From assembly GCA_963665775.2 (NCBI GenBank), contig CAXXTF010000001.1:1-64000 (forward strand): 64,000 nt of DNA. Direction: 5' to 3'. Below are positions 50,740 to 60,745 of this stretch, in pieces (within the stretch, counting starts at the first letter, position 1; every line of letters starts with the position of its first letter). Source of the stretch: Dehalococcoidia bacterium. Its GTDB lineage: Bacteria > Chloroflexota > Dehalococcoidia > SM23-28-2 > RBG-16-64-32. The notes below the pieces were generated by a model, which was not told the origin of the DNA, searched no databases, and saw only the letters and a list, made by a program, of their open reading frames with translations. Position numbers and translations under genes: made by a program.

Positions 50740-52460
50740 TCAGTCATCCTCGAGGGTGCTGGTGTCACCTTCAGGAAGACCCAACTCCCGGGCTTTCAAA
50801 AGACGCCGCATGATCTTGCCGCTGCGGGTCTTGGGCAGAGAGGGAACGAACTCGATCTCCCGCGGTGCCACGCTGCTACCCAGCTTATCCCGCGAGAAGC
50901 GGATCAGCTCCCTATGAAGGCCGTCGTCGGGCTGGTAGCCGTCTTTTAGAGCGACGAAAGCCTTGACGATCTCCATCGCGATCGGGTCGGGCTTGCCGAT
51001 AACGCCGGCCTCCGCCACCGCGGGGTGTTCAAGCAAGGCGCTCTCGACCTCGAACGGGCCCACTAGATGGCCGGCCGTATTGATAACATCGTCCGTCCGC
51101 CCCACGAACCAGAAGTAGCCGTCGGGGTCCATACGAGCGCGATCACCGGTGATATACCAGCCGTTGCGAAACCTGGAGTCGTACAGCTCACGGTTGTTCC
51201 AATATGTGCGAAACATGGATGGCCAGCCAGGTCGCACGGCGAGATCGCCTTCTTCGCCCGGGGGAAGAACGGTACCGCTGTCGTCGATTACAGCCGGTTC
51301 GATGCCCGGGAAGGGCAGCCCCATGCTTCCAGGCCTGATCTCCTGAGCGGCATAGTTGGCAATGAGGATGGAGCCGGTTTCGGTCTGCCACCAGTTGTCG
51401 TGTATGGGCAGCCCCAGAGCACGGCCTCCGGGTTCAGCGGCTCACCTACGGAACAGATGTGGCGCAGGCTGGAGAGGTCGTGCCTCTGCGGAAGTTGCTC
51501 GCCCGCCTTCATGAGCATCCGGATGGCCGTGGGCGCCGTGTACCAGACCGTAACTCCGTACTTCTGTATGAGCGAGTACCAAGTGCTTGCCCCAAAGCCA
51601 CCCTCATACACCAGGTTAGTGACCCCGTTGCTCCAGGGCCCGAACATACCGTATGAGGTGCCCGTCACCCAACCAGGATCTGCCGTGCACCAATAGATAT
51701 CCTCATCATGGAGGTCAAGAATATACCGGGCGGTGGCGTAGTGGCCGAGCACCGCCATATGCACGTGGGCCGCTCCCTTGGGCTTGCCGGTAGTGCCGGA
51801 TGTGTAGTGCATTATGGCGAAGTCCTCCGCGCTGGTCGCAACCGCCTCGAACTCCTGGGGCTGCGGTGTCACAAGGTCATCCCAAAGCACAACGCCGGGC
51901 TCCGGCTCAGCCTCCTGATGTCGGCACACCAGGACCACTCGCTCCAGCTGTGGCAAATCGCGCCAGATCTCCTTCACCCGGTTCCAATGCTCGGGGCTCG
52001 TCACCAATACCTTCGCACCACTATCTGCCAGCCGGTCACGAACAGCGTCCGGCCCGAAGGCACAGAACAAAGGCCCGATTATGGCGCCCAGCTTGAGGGT
52101 ACCGAAAACAGTGAAGTAGAGCTCCGGGATACGTTCAAGAAAGACGAAGACGCGGTCACCCTTCTTGACGCCGAGGCTGCGCAGGGCATGTGCCGCCTGG
52201 TTAGCCTTCCCGGACATGTCAGCGAAGGTGTACCGCTCGGTGTCGCCGTTCTTCCCCTCCCAGAGCATGGCAATCTTGTCGCGGTGCGGGCGCGACAGAT
52301 GACGGTCCAGGCACTCGTGGGCGATGTTAAGGCCACCTCCAGGCAGGCCGTCCAGATGAGAGCGTATCTCCTGCCAGGTGAGCTCGCGGCGGGCCTGCTC
52401 GTAATCGGCAAGGTTAGGCTTGACGGCCAGTTTCGGCTTTGAGATCGGTGTATACTCCAT
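50740..52460 (-). pseudogene. acsA: Acetate--CoA ligase, frameshifted near 51412
   Basis: [21 protein letters not shown], then a frame change to [29 protein letters not shown]. Confidence 0.9.
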
Positions 52461-52735
52461 GACTCCGGCCTCCCTGATAGGGCAAGCAAACCCAACGGGT
52501 ATCGTTCAATTTAGCCCAGGGTTAGGGGCTCGTCAACACCAAACAGGGCGTATCCCTGGAACCCTATCATGTTTCCTACAAGCCGCTGCCTAACCTCCAG
52601 CCGGGCGTTGTGGGTCTATGATGCCACCCTAAATTGAATCCGCGTGCGGCGGAGGGAACCAGTCACTGGCCTCGATAAATTGTGCCGCCCGTATCCCCCC
52701 CGGTAGCCGAGCGTTATGTCTATATGGAGATAGCT

Positions 52736-53053
52736 ATGTGGCCTAAGTGGTTTCTGATGCTCGCTATTCCTAGCGTCTTGGCAAGCGCCCGCGCTTACGC
52801 CCGATCCCGCGCCGATGCTCTCAATGAATGCCTGGAGGCCATGATACAGGGCGAGCGAGACCTTGACGCTTTGGCGTGCCGGTACTTACGGGAGAGAGAC
52901 GAGATTCGCCCTTTGCTGGACGTGGGCCTAGAACTCCTAGAGTCCGCTCCCTTTAGCCTTTCGGTCGAAGTGCCTTTGCGGCGACCCACCTGGCGTTCGG
53001 GCCAAACGAATCGGACTCGCGGGACCCTTCGGCCCGTCAGATACGCCATTTAG
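52736..53053 (+). CDS. Small hypothetical protein
   Basis: GGAG RBS; LNECLEAM..GE..L...RY....EIRPLL segment; function unknown. Confidence 0.5.
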   Translation: MWPKWFLMLAIPSVLASARAYARSRADALNECLEAMIQGERDLDALACRYLRERDEIRPLLDVGLELLESAPFSLSVEVPLRRPTWRSGQTNRTRGTLRPVRYAI

Positions 53054-53138
53054 GCCGCCAGCGTCAATCGGTGAGGAAGCGCAGGCCCGCGCTCCTGTCA
53101 ACGTGCGAAAAGGGACAGAGCTTCCAGAACCGGCGGGA

Positions 53139-53618
53139 TCACGTATCGTTGCGCGTGCCTGTCGATACCGGCGCTCGCCGCGCAGCTCGGAGCAGTATCA
53201 CGGCAACCGCCAGTGCTGAGACAAGCCACAGTCCGAGGATAAGGGGAATCAGTGCTGCCGCCACGAAGAACGAGGAGACCGAGCATGTCTGATTTGAGAC
53301 CTGCCCACCTGAAAATACGCTGTAAATCAGGGTGCTGACTTGAGGCACCGCGTATCGGGCCGAGCCGATGAGGCCAGCGACGATGGCGGCCTTCCTTACC
53401 GTAGGCTTGCGGGAGGCCAGCCACAAGAAGGGGAACAACTCTGCCAGCGCCGGCAGCAAGGCGATTTCAAAGTACCGGAGTTCCCACCATGGTTCGTCAA
53501 CACCACAGTCGGGCAGAGACAGCAGGATGACTGTGCCGATGGGCAACGTCAGCACCGGTGACACTGCCAGCAGCAGATAGGGCAGGACAGGTCTGTCCAA
53601 CCACTGCTTGCCGGTCAT
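53139..53618 (-). CDS. Hypothetical membrane protein (about 4 TM helices)
   Basis: Four hydrophobic segments; GGGAAGG RBS. Confidence 0.65.
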   Translation of the reverse strand: MTGKQWLDRPVLPYLLLAVSPVLTLPIGTVILLSLPDCGVDEPWWELRYFEIALLPALAELFPFLWLASRKPTVRKAAIVAGLIGSARYAVPQVSTLIYSVFSGGQVSNQTCSVSSFFVAAALIPLILGLWLVSALAVAVILLRAARRAPVSTGTRNDT

Positions 53619-54042
53619 TGCCTTCCCCGTGATGTCTTCCCCAAGACGTCAGCGGCTGAACGCCTCGGGCTTACCTGCCTCCTGTCGCCACCCCAAATCA
53701 TCCCGGGCCGCAGTAGGGTAATCCCGCACCGGCATCCCGAACTGAAAATCACCTCGTGTTCGGCGCTACCTTCGATTCGATCTGGCCGTGCCCGTGCCCG
53801 AGCAGCCAGCGCGAAGAACCGTCCTGCGGATCGCTGGCGCATGCGGTCACGGCAAAGTCTGGTGCGGGGCTGCGGCCACAGAACGCGCAATCGGCCATGG
53901 CTCTTTGCTAACTCAGGCCGCATCTATCGCCGATGACTCGGAGACGCTATGAGTTAATCGCGTGTCGCCAGGTCAAGAGTTCCTCAGCCGCCGAGGGGCA
54001 GTCATCGTCGGCTGGCCAATATCAGTCAGGGGCTTCGGACAC

Positions 54043-56610
54043 TTACGCCTTAGTGACCTTTATGCGCGTGCACCACTCAAGGTTACAGAGCATGGGATTG
54101 ATATGCTCCGGTTGTTGCGGTAGTAAGCTGGCGTAGTTGATCCCCTTCTTGGCGAACGGGTTGGTCGCATGGCTGCCTTGAGCCCCACCGACCGCAACCA
54201 CCCGAGGATGGACCGTTTCGCTGAGCTTTACTCGTGCCTCCACCTTGTTGACTGTAGACTCGATCCACACCTTTTCGCCATCACGCAGCCCCATCCTCTT
54301 CCCCGTCGCCTCATTCATCCAGGCCCGCAGGAAGTATGGATCAGCCTCGTACACCTCGGCTAGCCAGGGGTTGCCTGCGGTCTGGCTGTTGGTGTTGAAG
54401 GGCGTCTTGTAGTTGATCAGGTACAGATCGAAGTCAGGCGGCCACAGCTCATCGCGATGCTCGGGGCAGGGCTCCCAGCGAGGTAGCGCATCGTACCACG
54501 AGGTGTCCCAGTCCCACCCGTATTCATCTTTGACCCGGCTCTTCAGAACGTCGCCTAGCTCCTTCACCGGTTCGAAGTAGATAGGAAAGCGCCGTCCAGA
54601 TAGGGGGGCCCAATGGTAGTCTTTTTCGACAGGAAGCTGCCTGGAGAGGAGCCCCCGCTCGCTGAACCATTCGAGCCCCTTGTCCTCGCCAGACCATGAC
54701 CTCAGGCGGGCGTCGACCAGCTCCTCCAGCGTTGGCTTCCGGTTTATATCCAGGGCCACGGTACTCTCTGTCGCTGGCATCGTCCCATTGACATAGTCGA
54801 TGTAGCCACCCTCGCCATAGAGCATGCCCAGCTTATCAGCAAGTTCAAGTACCATCTCGTCCGGGTGCTTGGTATCGTATAGACGCTGAACCACGGGCTG
54901 CCTCAGCAGCATCATCTCCACCCCAATCTGGAACATGGCGGAGTACTGCCAGGCCTCCAGCCGCTCCGCCCCGCAGTCCTCGGGCAACACCACATCGGCG
55001 AAAAGTGCCGGGTCATCTATGTGAATAGACATCGTGAAGATGAACTCAATCGCCCGAAGAACCTTCTCGGTCATTTCGGGATCACCCTGGTTCCGGAACG
55101 GGTTGGTGCCACCCAGGCAGAGCGCCTTTAGGGTGTAAGGGACCTTGAACCGCTCCCGCATCTCGGGGTCAGTCTGAATATAGTTCAACCACACCACGTG
55201 CGTGTCTACGGCCAGCGGGTAGAACTGCTTCAGGTCGGGGTCCGGAGGGAACTCTATCTCAGCGCGGGGAATGAACTCTAACATGCCGTCGGGTGGCGCC
55301 GGGGTGTCATAGTCGATGAGGGGGTTTATCGCCCATCCCTTATTGCCGCCCGGAACGTCAAAGTTTCCAACCAAGGCATTGATCAGCCGCAGTGACATTG
55401 TGGTGTATGGACCATTGTAATGGCGTTGGGAGCCGTGGTAGCCGATCATCGCGGCCGGCCGGAACGGCAGCTCCACGCCATCGATCTTGAGCGTCGTCCC
55501 GATCTTCGCCGCTTTCACGAAATCGGCGGCAAAGCGTCTCATCTGGGAAGCGGGTACGGTGCTGATCTGCTCGGCCCACTCCGGGGTATAGGGGAGCATC
55601 CGCTCCTTCAGCATCTGGAACGCGGGCTTGCAGGGCTCCCCGTTTACCTCGTAGGTCCCCTCCAGGACAAAGTCCTTGATCTCCGGGGCATCGAAGGGTC
55701 TAGCGACCTGAGCGGCGGCGTCCCAGACCAAGGGCTTGTCGTTCGCATCCTTCATGTAGTAGCCGTTGTCCTGCCGGATTAAGTACGGACCGTTGGTGTG
55801 CCGCCTCACGAAATCTATGTCGAAATTGTTGAGCTCGTGAATCATGACGTTCAGTATTGCGAGGTTAAAGGCTAGGTCCGTGCCCGGCAGGATGGGAATC
55901 CATTCGTCCGCTTTATTGCTTCCCTCGCCACAGCGGGGATCGATACTCACGATCCGAGTACCACGCTCCCTCCTAGCGTCGGCTATTCGGCTCACGCCTC
56001 CCCCTGCGGCGGCTCCTATCCAGGTCCCGAATCCGGCATTGGTGCCCTGGAGGACCAACATTTCAACGTAGTCTGGATCATAGCCAGATACGTGGGCGTT
56101 GTGAGCCCAGGCTGACACGGCGTGCTCTGAGCTGCCACAGGCAGCGACCCCGCCGAACATGTGCATGGGGGCGCCACCGAAAAACGGTTGGAACGGCCAC
56201 ATTAGCAGATACGGGTTCGCCATGCCGCCGCTGGCGTGAAATTGCCTCGGGTCTTCCTCCCTCACCGCCCGTAACTTGTCGGCCACGATATCCAGGGCCT
56301 CATCCCAAGAGATCTCCACGAACTTGGGGTCCACATTGAGCCCCTTTTCCGGATTTGTCCGCTTGAGGGGCACTTTTACGCGGTAGGGGTCGTACAGCTC
56401 CATCAGGTTGGAATTGCCACGTGCGCAGAGGCGCCCCTGGTTATGCGGTGCATCGGGGTTGCCTTCCACCTTCACCGCCACGTTGTCCACTACGTGCACT
56501 AACGTGGAGCACTGGCCATAGATGCATAGGTGGCAGAAGGACGGAACGACCTTTTCTTCGCTCTTTTTCTCTGTGAGCATGATCTCAGCTATGTTGCTCT
56601 CCACGACCAT
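54043..56610 (-). CDS. Molybdopterin (DMSO-reductase-family) oxidoreductase catalytic subunit
   Basis: CHLCIYGQC...LCARG [4Fe-4S] motif, ISWDEALD, DPR, PGTD, FADVVLP; no Tat signal; start 56610 or 56580. Confidence 0.93.
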   Translation of the reverse strand: MVVESNIAEIMLTEKKSEEKVVPSFCHLCIYGQCSTLVHVVDNVAVKVEGNPDAPHNQGRLCARGNSNLMELYDPYRVKVPLKRTNPEKGLNVDPKFVEISWDEALDIVADKLRAVREEDPRQFHASGGMANPYLLMWPFQPFFGGAPMHMFGGVAACGSSEHAVSAWAHNAHVSGYDPDYVEMLVLQGTNAGFGTWIGAAAGGGVSRIADARRERGTRIVSIDPRCGEGSNKADEWIPILPGTDLAFNLAILNVMIHELNNFDIDFVRRHTNGPYLIRQDNGYYMKDANDKPLVWDAAAQVARPFDAPEIKDFVLEGTYEVNGEPCKPAFQMLKERMLPYTPEWAEQISTVPASQMRRFAADFVKAAKIGTTLKIDGVELPFRPAAMIGYHGSQRHYNGPYTTMSLRLINALVGNFDVPGGNKGWAINPLIDYDTPAPPDGMLEFIPRAEIEFPPDPDLKQFYPLAVDTHVVWLNYIQTDPEMRERFKVPYTLKALCLGGTNPFRNQGDPEMTEKVLRAIEFIFTMSIHIDDPALFADVVLPEDCGAERLEAWQYSAMFQIGVEMMLLRQPVVQRLYDTKHPDEMVLELADKLGMLYGEGGYIDYVNGTMPATESTVALDINRKPTLEELVDARLRSWSGEDKGLEWFSERGLLSRQLPVEKDYHWAPLSGRRFPIYFEPVKELGDVLKSRVKDEYGWDWDTSWYDALPRWEPCPEHRDELWPPDFDLYLINYKTPFNTNSQTAGNPWLAEVYEADPYFLRAWMNEATGKRMGLRDGEKVWIESTVNKVEARVKLSETVHPRVVAVGGAQGSHATNPFAKKGINYASLLPQQPEHINPMLCNLEWCTRIKVTKA

Positions 56611-57004
56611 CTCGTTCCCCTTTCTAGGGATGAAGCCGCTGGTAACGCTATACCCGGACTGCCGGAAGGCTAGGCCCGCATACCGTCGGAAAGCTACGGC
56701 CGCCCTACTAGTCGAAGGAGCCTCGCCTCTGACTATCGACCAAGTCATTACTATATGCAGTGATTATACACGAAATAGCTGAAAGCTATTTGTCTCGCTC
56801 CGACAGACAGAGGGCGCGACGTCCAAGGTCAAGTCACGGGGCATGACAACAGCCAGCAAAGGGTAACACCTACATACCAAATAGCCGCAATCACTGGGGC
56901 GATTATAGGGGCTGCGGTTTTGGCGCCCCACAGGGCCTAATCGAGAAGGCGCGGGGTACGCTACTGGCGGCGACGCCTCGCTCCGGCCAATAGGGCGGGA
57001 AGCG

Positions 57005-58201
57005 CTAGTCTCCGGAGAGACCGAGCGCCCGGCGGGCGACGATATTGCGTTGTATCTCGTTAGTACCGCCCCCGATTGTGGCTTGTACGGAGGCCAGATA
57101 GTCGCGGACTGCGTGGCCCTCAAGATAGGCGTTCGGGCCACCCCTGAGCCCGCCGTACATCCCCATGAGGGCCACGCCCGTGCGAGCGATCCGCTGAGCC
57201 AGGTCCGCGCCGTAGAGCTTGGATATCGAGGCCTCCACGTCCGGGATCTGCCCGTTCTCCTGTAGCCAGGTAATGCGGTAGGCAAGCTGGTAGCCGACCT
57301 CCATCTCCACCCAGCGGTCCATCAGTTCGTGCCGGATCGCCGGCCTGGCGCGGACAAGCTCCGGATGCTCTTTGGCGAAGTCGATATAGCGCTCGATTTC
57401 CCGGCGTGCGGCAGCATAGCCGCCGATGCCCGATCGCTCGAAGCCCAGGGCCACCGCTACCTGGTACCAGCCTCGGTTCAACTCGCCGACGAGATTCTCT
57501 TTCGGCACGCGGACGTTGTCGAAGATAACCCGGTTGAGGCCAAAGTACATCCTGTTGGACACGTAATCGCCCACGATGTTTGTGATGCGCTGGATGGTGA
57601 TGCCGGGAGATTTCATGTCGACCACCAAGACGCTGATCCCCTTGTGCTTGGGGGCGTCCGGGTCAGTGCGGGCGGCCAGCCAGCCGTAGTCGGACTTATG
57701 AGCGCCGGAGTTCCAAATCTTGGTCCCGTTGACGATGAAGTCGTCGCCGCTTCTCAGCGCAGTTACCTGCAGGCCTGCCAGATCGGAGCCGGCGCCGGGC
57801 TCCGAATACAAGGTGCACCATATATCCTCAGCGCTGGTAATCCCCGGCAAGTACTTCCTCTTCTGCTCCTCGGAGCCGTAAAGCATCAAGGCTGGCCCTA
57901 TCCAGGATGCCCCCATACTGAGGCCCGGCGCGCCATAGTATGACATCTCGTGGTTGAAGATCATCTGCCTTGTGTAGCTTGCCGCCAGCCCTCCGTACTC
58001 TACCGGCCAGGCCATCGCTAACCACTTCCGTTCGGCGAGCTTCTTGGCGAACTGGCGGGCGACCTGCCATATCTCCTCGGGGTCCCGGTCGTCCGCGCCC
58101 TCATCGAGGCCGTGCAGGAACTTGGACGGCACCTCGCTGAGAATGAGGTCTCGTACCTCTGTTCGGAAGGACTCGTCTTCCTCGCTGAAGCGGTAATCCA
58201 T
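57005..58201 (-). CDS. Acyl-CoA dehydrogenase
   Basis: YSEPGAGSDLA, NGTKIW, TIGGGTNEIQRNI. Confidence 0.95.
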   Translation of the reverse strand: MDYRFSEEDESFRTEVRDLILSEVPSKFLHGLDEGADDRDPEEIWQVARQFAKKLAERKWLAMAWPVEYGGLAASYTRQMIFNHEMSYYGAPGLSMGASWIGPALMLYGSEEQKRKYLPGITSAEDIWCTLYSEPGAGSDLAGLQVTALRSGDDFIVNGTKIWNSGAHKSDYGWLAARTDPDAPKHKGISVLVVDMKSPGITIQRITNIVGDYVSNRMYFGLNRVIFDNVRVPKENLVGELNRGWYQVAVALGFERSGIGGYAAARREIERYIDFAKEHPELVRARPAIRHELMDRWVEMEVGYQLAYRITWLQENGQIPDVEASISKLYGADLAQRIARTGVALMGMYGGLRGGPNAYLEGHAVRDYLASVQATIGGGTNEIQRNIVARRALGLSGD

Positions 58202-58220
58202 GCTTCTCCTCGCGATACCC

Positions 58221-59402
58221 CTAATCCCTGGCCAGCACCAGGGTAACCGCGGTGTGCTCCGTCCCTATCTGTCCGCCGGTGGCATGGGTGAGCGCGATCC
58301 GGCAATCCTTGACCTGCGCATCCCCTGCTTCTCCCCGGAGCTGCTGGGTGGCCTCGATAAGGAGGAGGATTCCCCGCGCGCCATCGTTGTAGGAGAGGGC
58401 GCCGCCGTCGGTATTAGTCGGCAGCTCCCCGTCCAGCCGCAGACGGCCGCCGCTAACGAATGCCCCACCCTCCCCTGGCTTGCAGAATCCCAGCCCCTCC
58501 AGAGTGGTCAGGACGGTGATCGTGAAGGAGTCGTAGATCATCGCCATGTCGATCTCCTTGTGAGTAACCCCGGCCTCGGCCAGGGCGCGCGGACCGGAGC
58601 GGGCAGCGGCTATGCTGGTGTAGTCGCGATAGCCAGCGCCCCGATGCTCGATAGCGCTGAAGCCACCCAGGAACCACACTGGGGTACGTTTGCAGTTCCG
58701 CGCCACTTCCTCGCTCGCCACCACGATAGCGCCACCGCCATCCTGCACGACAGAGCAATCCAGGAGGTGCAGGGGAGAGCTGATCATGCGGGAGTTGAGG
58801 ACATCCTCCACAACTATTGGGTTGCGGAACTTCGCCTGGGGGTTTAAGGAGCCGTGATAGCGGGTGGAGACGGCGATCTCGGCCAGCTGTTCGCTTGTTG
58901 TGCCATACGTATACATGTGGCGCTGAGCGACCTGAGCGTAGCTGGCTATCGTATGTATGCCGAAGGGCGTATGGAAGGCGTCGGTCCACCAGGCCGCGCG
59001 GGGAGGCCCGGCCGGCCGCCGCAATCCCGAGCCGGTGCCGATGTTGGAGCTACTCCTACCCACTACCAGCCCGTAGGTGATAAGGGCAACGTTAATCAGG
59101 CCCGCATTAATGTGGGCGGCGGCCTGGAGCACGCCGTAGGAGGGCGAGGCCCCTTGGAGGTCCGAGTCCACCACCATGGCCGGGTTTATGCCCAGATAGT
59201 CGCACATGGTCACTCCCTTCATGGTGTCGACGGGGGCGGTATTGCCGAAGTAACCGTCGACGTCCTTGAAGGTCAGACCAGCGTCATCAAGGGCCTTAAT
59301 CGCGCACTCGGCCTCGAATCCCATTATCGTGTAGCCAGGCGCTTCCAGGGCTGGAAACTCGTTGATTCCGACGATCGCCGCTTTTCTCGTCAGGGAACCC
59401 AT
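58221..59402 (-). CDS. Thiolase-like (SCP2/Ltp2-type) protein
   Basis: SPLHLLDC, DGGGA, YDSFT, NTDGG; canonical thiolase Cys replaced (QGAS). Confidence 0.88.
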   Translation of the reverse strand: MGSLTRKAAIVGINEFPALEAPGYTIMGFEAECAIKALDDAGLTFKDVDGYFGNTAPVDTMKGVTMCDYLGINPAMVVDSDLQGASPSYGVLQAAAHINAGLINVALITYGLVVGRSSSNIGTGSGLRRPAGPPRAAWWTDAFHTPFGIHTIASYAQVAQRHMYTYGTTSEQLAEIAVSTRYHGSLNPQAKFRNPIVVEDVLNSRMISSPLHLLDCSVVQDGGGAIVVASEEVARNCKRTPVWFLGGFSAIEHRGAGYRDYTSIAAARSGPRALAEAGVTHKEIDMAMIYDSFTITVLTTLEGLGFCKPGEGGAFVSGGRLRLDGELPTNTDGGALSYNDGARGILLLIEATQQLRGEAGDAQVKDCRIALTHATGGQIGTEHTAVTLVLARD

Positions 59403-59456
59403 GGGAGCCTCCTTCTCGATAGTATAATAAGTATAATATCGTTGCCAGCGGCGCCA

Positions 59457-60641
59457 TCAGGCGACCACCTCTCTCTCCCTCAAGCCGGCGATCTCGGCAG
59501 CGCCGTAGCCCAGGCCTTCCAGCACCGCGTCGGTCTGCTGACCGGCCAGCGGGGCCACCTGCCGCACCCGGCCAGGCGTCTCTGACAGCTTCACAGAGAT
59601 CCCTACCTGTTGGACCACCCCCAGGCCGGGGGCCTCCACGTCGACCACCATCTGTCGATGCCTGTTGTGGGGGTCCGCCAGAGCCTCATCCAGGCTGTAC
59701 ACAGGTGCCACGCACAGATCCGTCCCCCGCATCGCCTCGAACCACTCGTCCCGGGTGCGCGTCCGGAACCGCTGGGCGAAATGGGATCGCATGTCAGGGA
59801 ACCAGGCCGGGTCGTCCCTGTGTTCGATAAATTCCTCCCCGCCCAGGAAGCGGCAAAGATTGGCGAAGAAATGGGGCTCCAGACTGCCCAGGCTGATCCA
59901 CTTGCCGTCTTTGCACTCGTAAACATTGTAGTTCGGCTGCCCGCCGTTGAGCGCGCTGCTCCCCGGCGCCGGCACCGCCCCTTGGCGGAAGTAGTCGCTG
60001 ACGTGCACGGCCAGAAGCTGCAGCACTCCGTCGGACATCGCGATATCGACGTACTGGCCCTTGCCGGTGCGCTCTCGCGCTAGTAGGGCCAGCAGTATGC
60101 CGTAGGCGGCCTGAAGGCCCCCTGCTGCGAAGTCGCCGATGACGTTCGACGGTATCGCGGGAGGGGTGTCCGGCCAGCCGATCATTCCCAGCGCGCCCCC
60201 TATCGAGATGTAGTTGATATCGTGGCCGACCAACCCCGCGTAAGGGCCGTCCTGGCCGTAACCCGACAGGGAGCAATAGACGATGGCCGGATTCACCTTG
60301 CGGACAGTCTCGTAGTCTACGGCCAGCCGCCTGACTACACCGGGCCGGAACCCCTCCAGAACCACGTCCGCCGTGTCTGCCAGCCGGTAGAAGATCCGCC
60401 TGCCTTCGTCTGTCTGGAGATCCAGGATCATGCTGCGCTTGTTCCGGCCGAAGGCGTTATACGCCGCGGACCGTCGCTCCTCATCGCCTGAGGCCGCCAC
60501 TCCCATTACGGCGTGCAACCGCGAGGGGGGAGGCTCGATCAGGAGGACGTCGGCACCCATATCGCCCAGCAGCATGGTGCAGAAAGGGCCGGGAGCGAGA
60601 CGGGAAAGATCGAGCACGCGTATGCCTTCTAGAGCGAACAC
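59457..60641 (-). CDS. CaiB/BaiF family III CoA-transferase (AMACR-like)
   Basis: DLSRLAPGP, GRNKRS, EGFRPGV, GHDINY. Confidence 0.93.
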   Translation of the reverse strand: MFALEGIRVLDLSRLAPGPFCTMLLGDMGADVLLIEPPPSRLHAVMGVAASGDEERRSAAYNAFGRNKRSMILDLQTDEGRRIFYRLADTADVVLEGFRPGVVRRLAVDYETVRKVNPAIVYCSLSGYGQDGPYAGLVGHDINYISIGGALGMIGWPDTPPAIPSNVIGDFAAGGLQAAYGILLALLARERTGKGQYVDIAMSDGVLQLLAVHVSDYFRQGAVPAPGSSALNGGQPNYNVYECKDGKWISLGSLEPHFFANLCRFLGGEEFIEHRDDPAWFPDMRSHFAQRFRTRTRDEWFEAMRGTDLCVAPVYSLDEALADPHNRHRQMVVDVEAPGLGVVQQVGISVKLSETPGRVRQVAPLAGQQTDAVLEGLGYGAAEIAGLREREVVA

Positions 60642-60745
60642 AGGGCCTTTCCTTTCTCGGGCGAAAGGCTATCGTTCATCTTGCCATCCTGGAACCCCAC
60701 AACCCCACACGAGCTACCGCACACGTGTGGCCCCGACTTTCGCCA

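Noticed and set aside
56611-56748. Extended N-terminus of the Mo-enzyme as a Tat signal (AFRRY)
   Set aside because: No hydrophobic h-region follows and a better RBS (AAAGGGG) precedes ATG 56610
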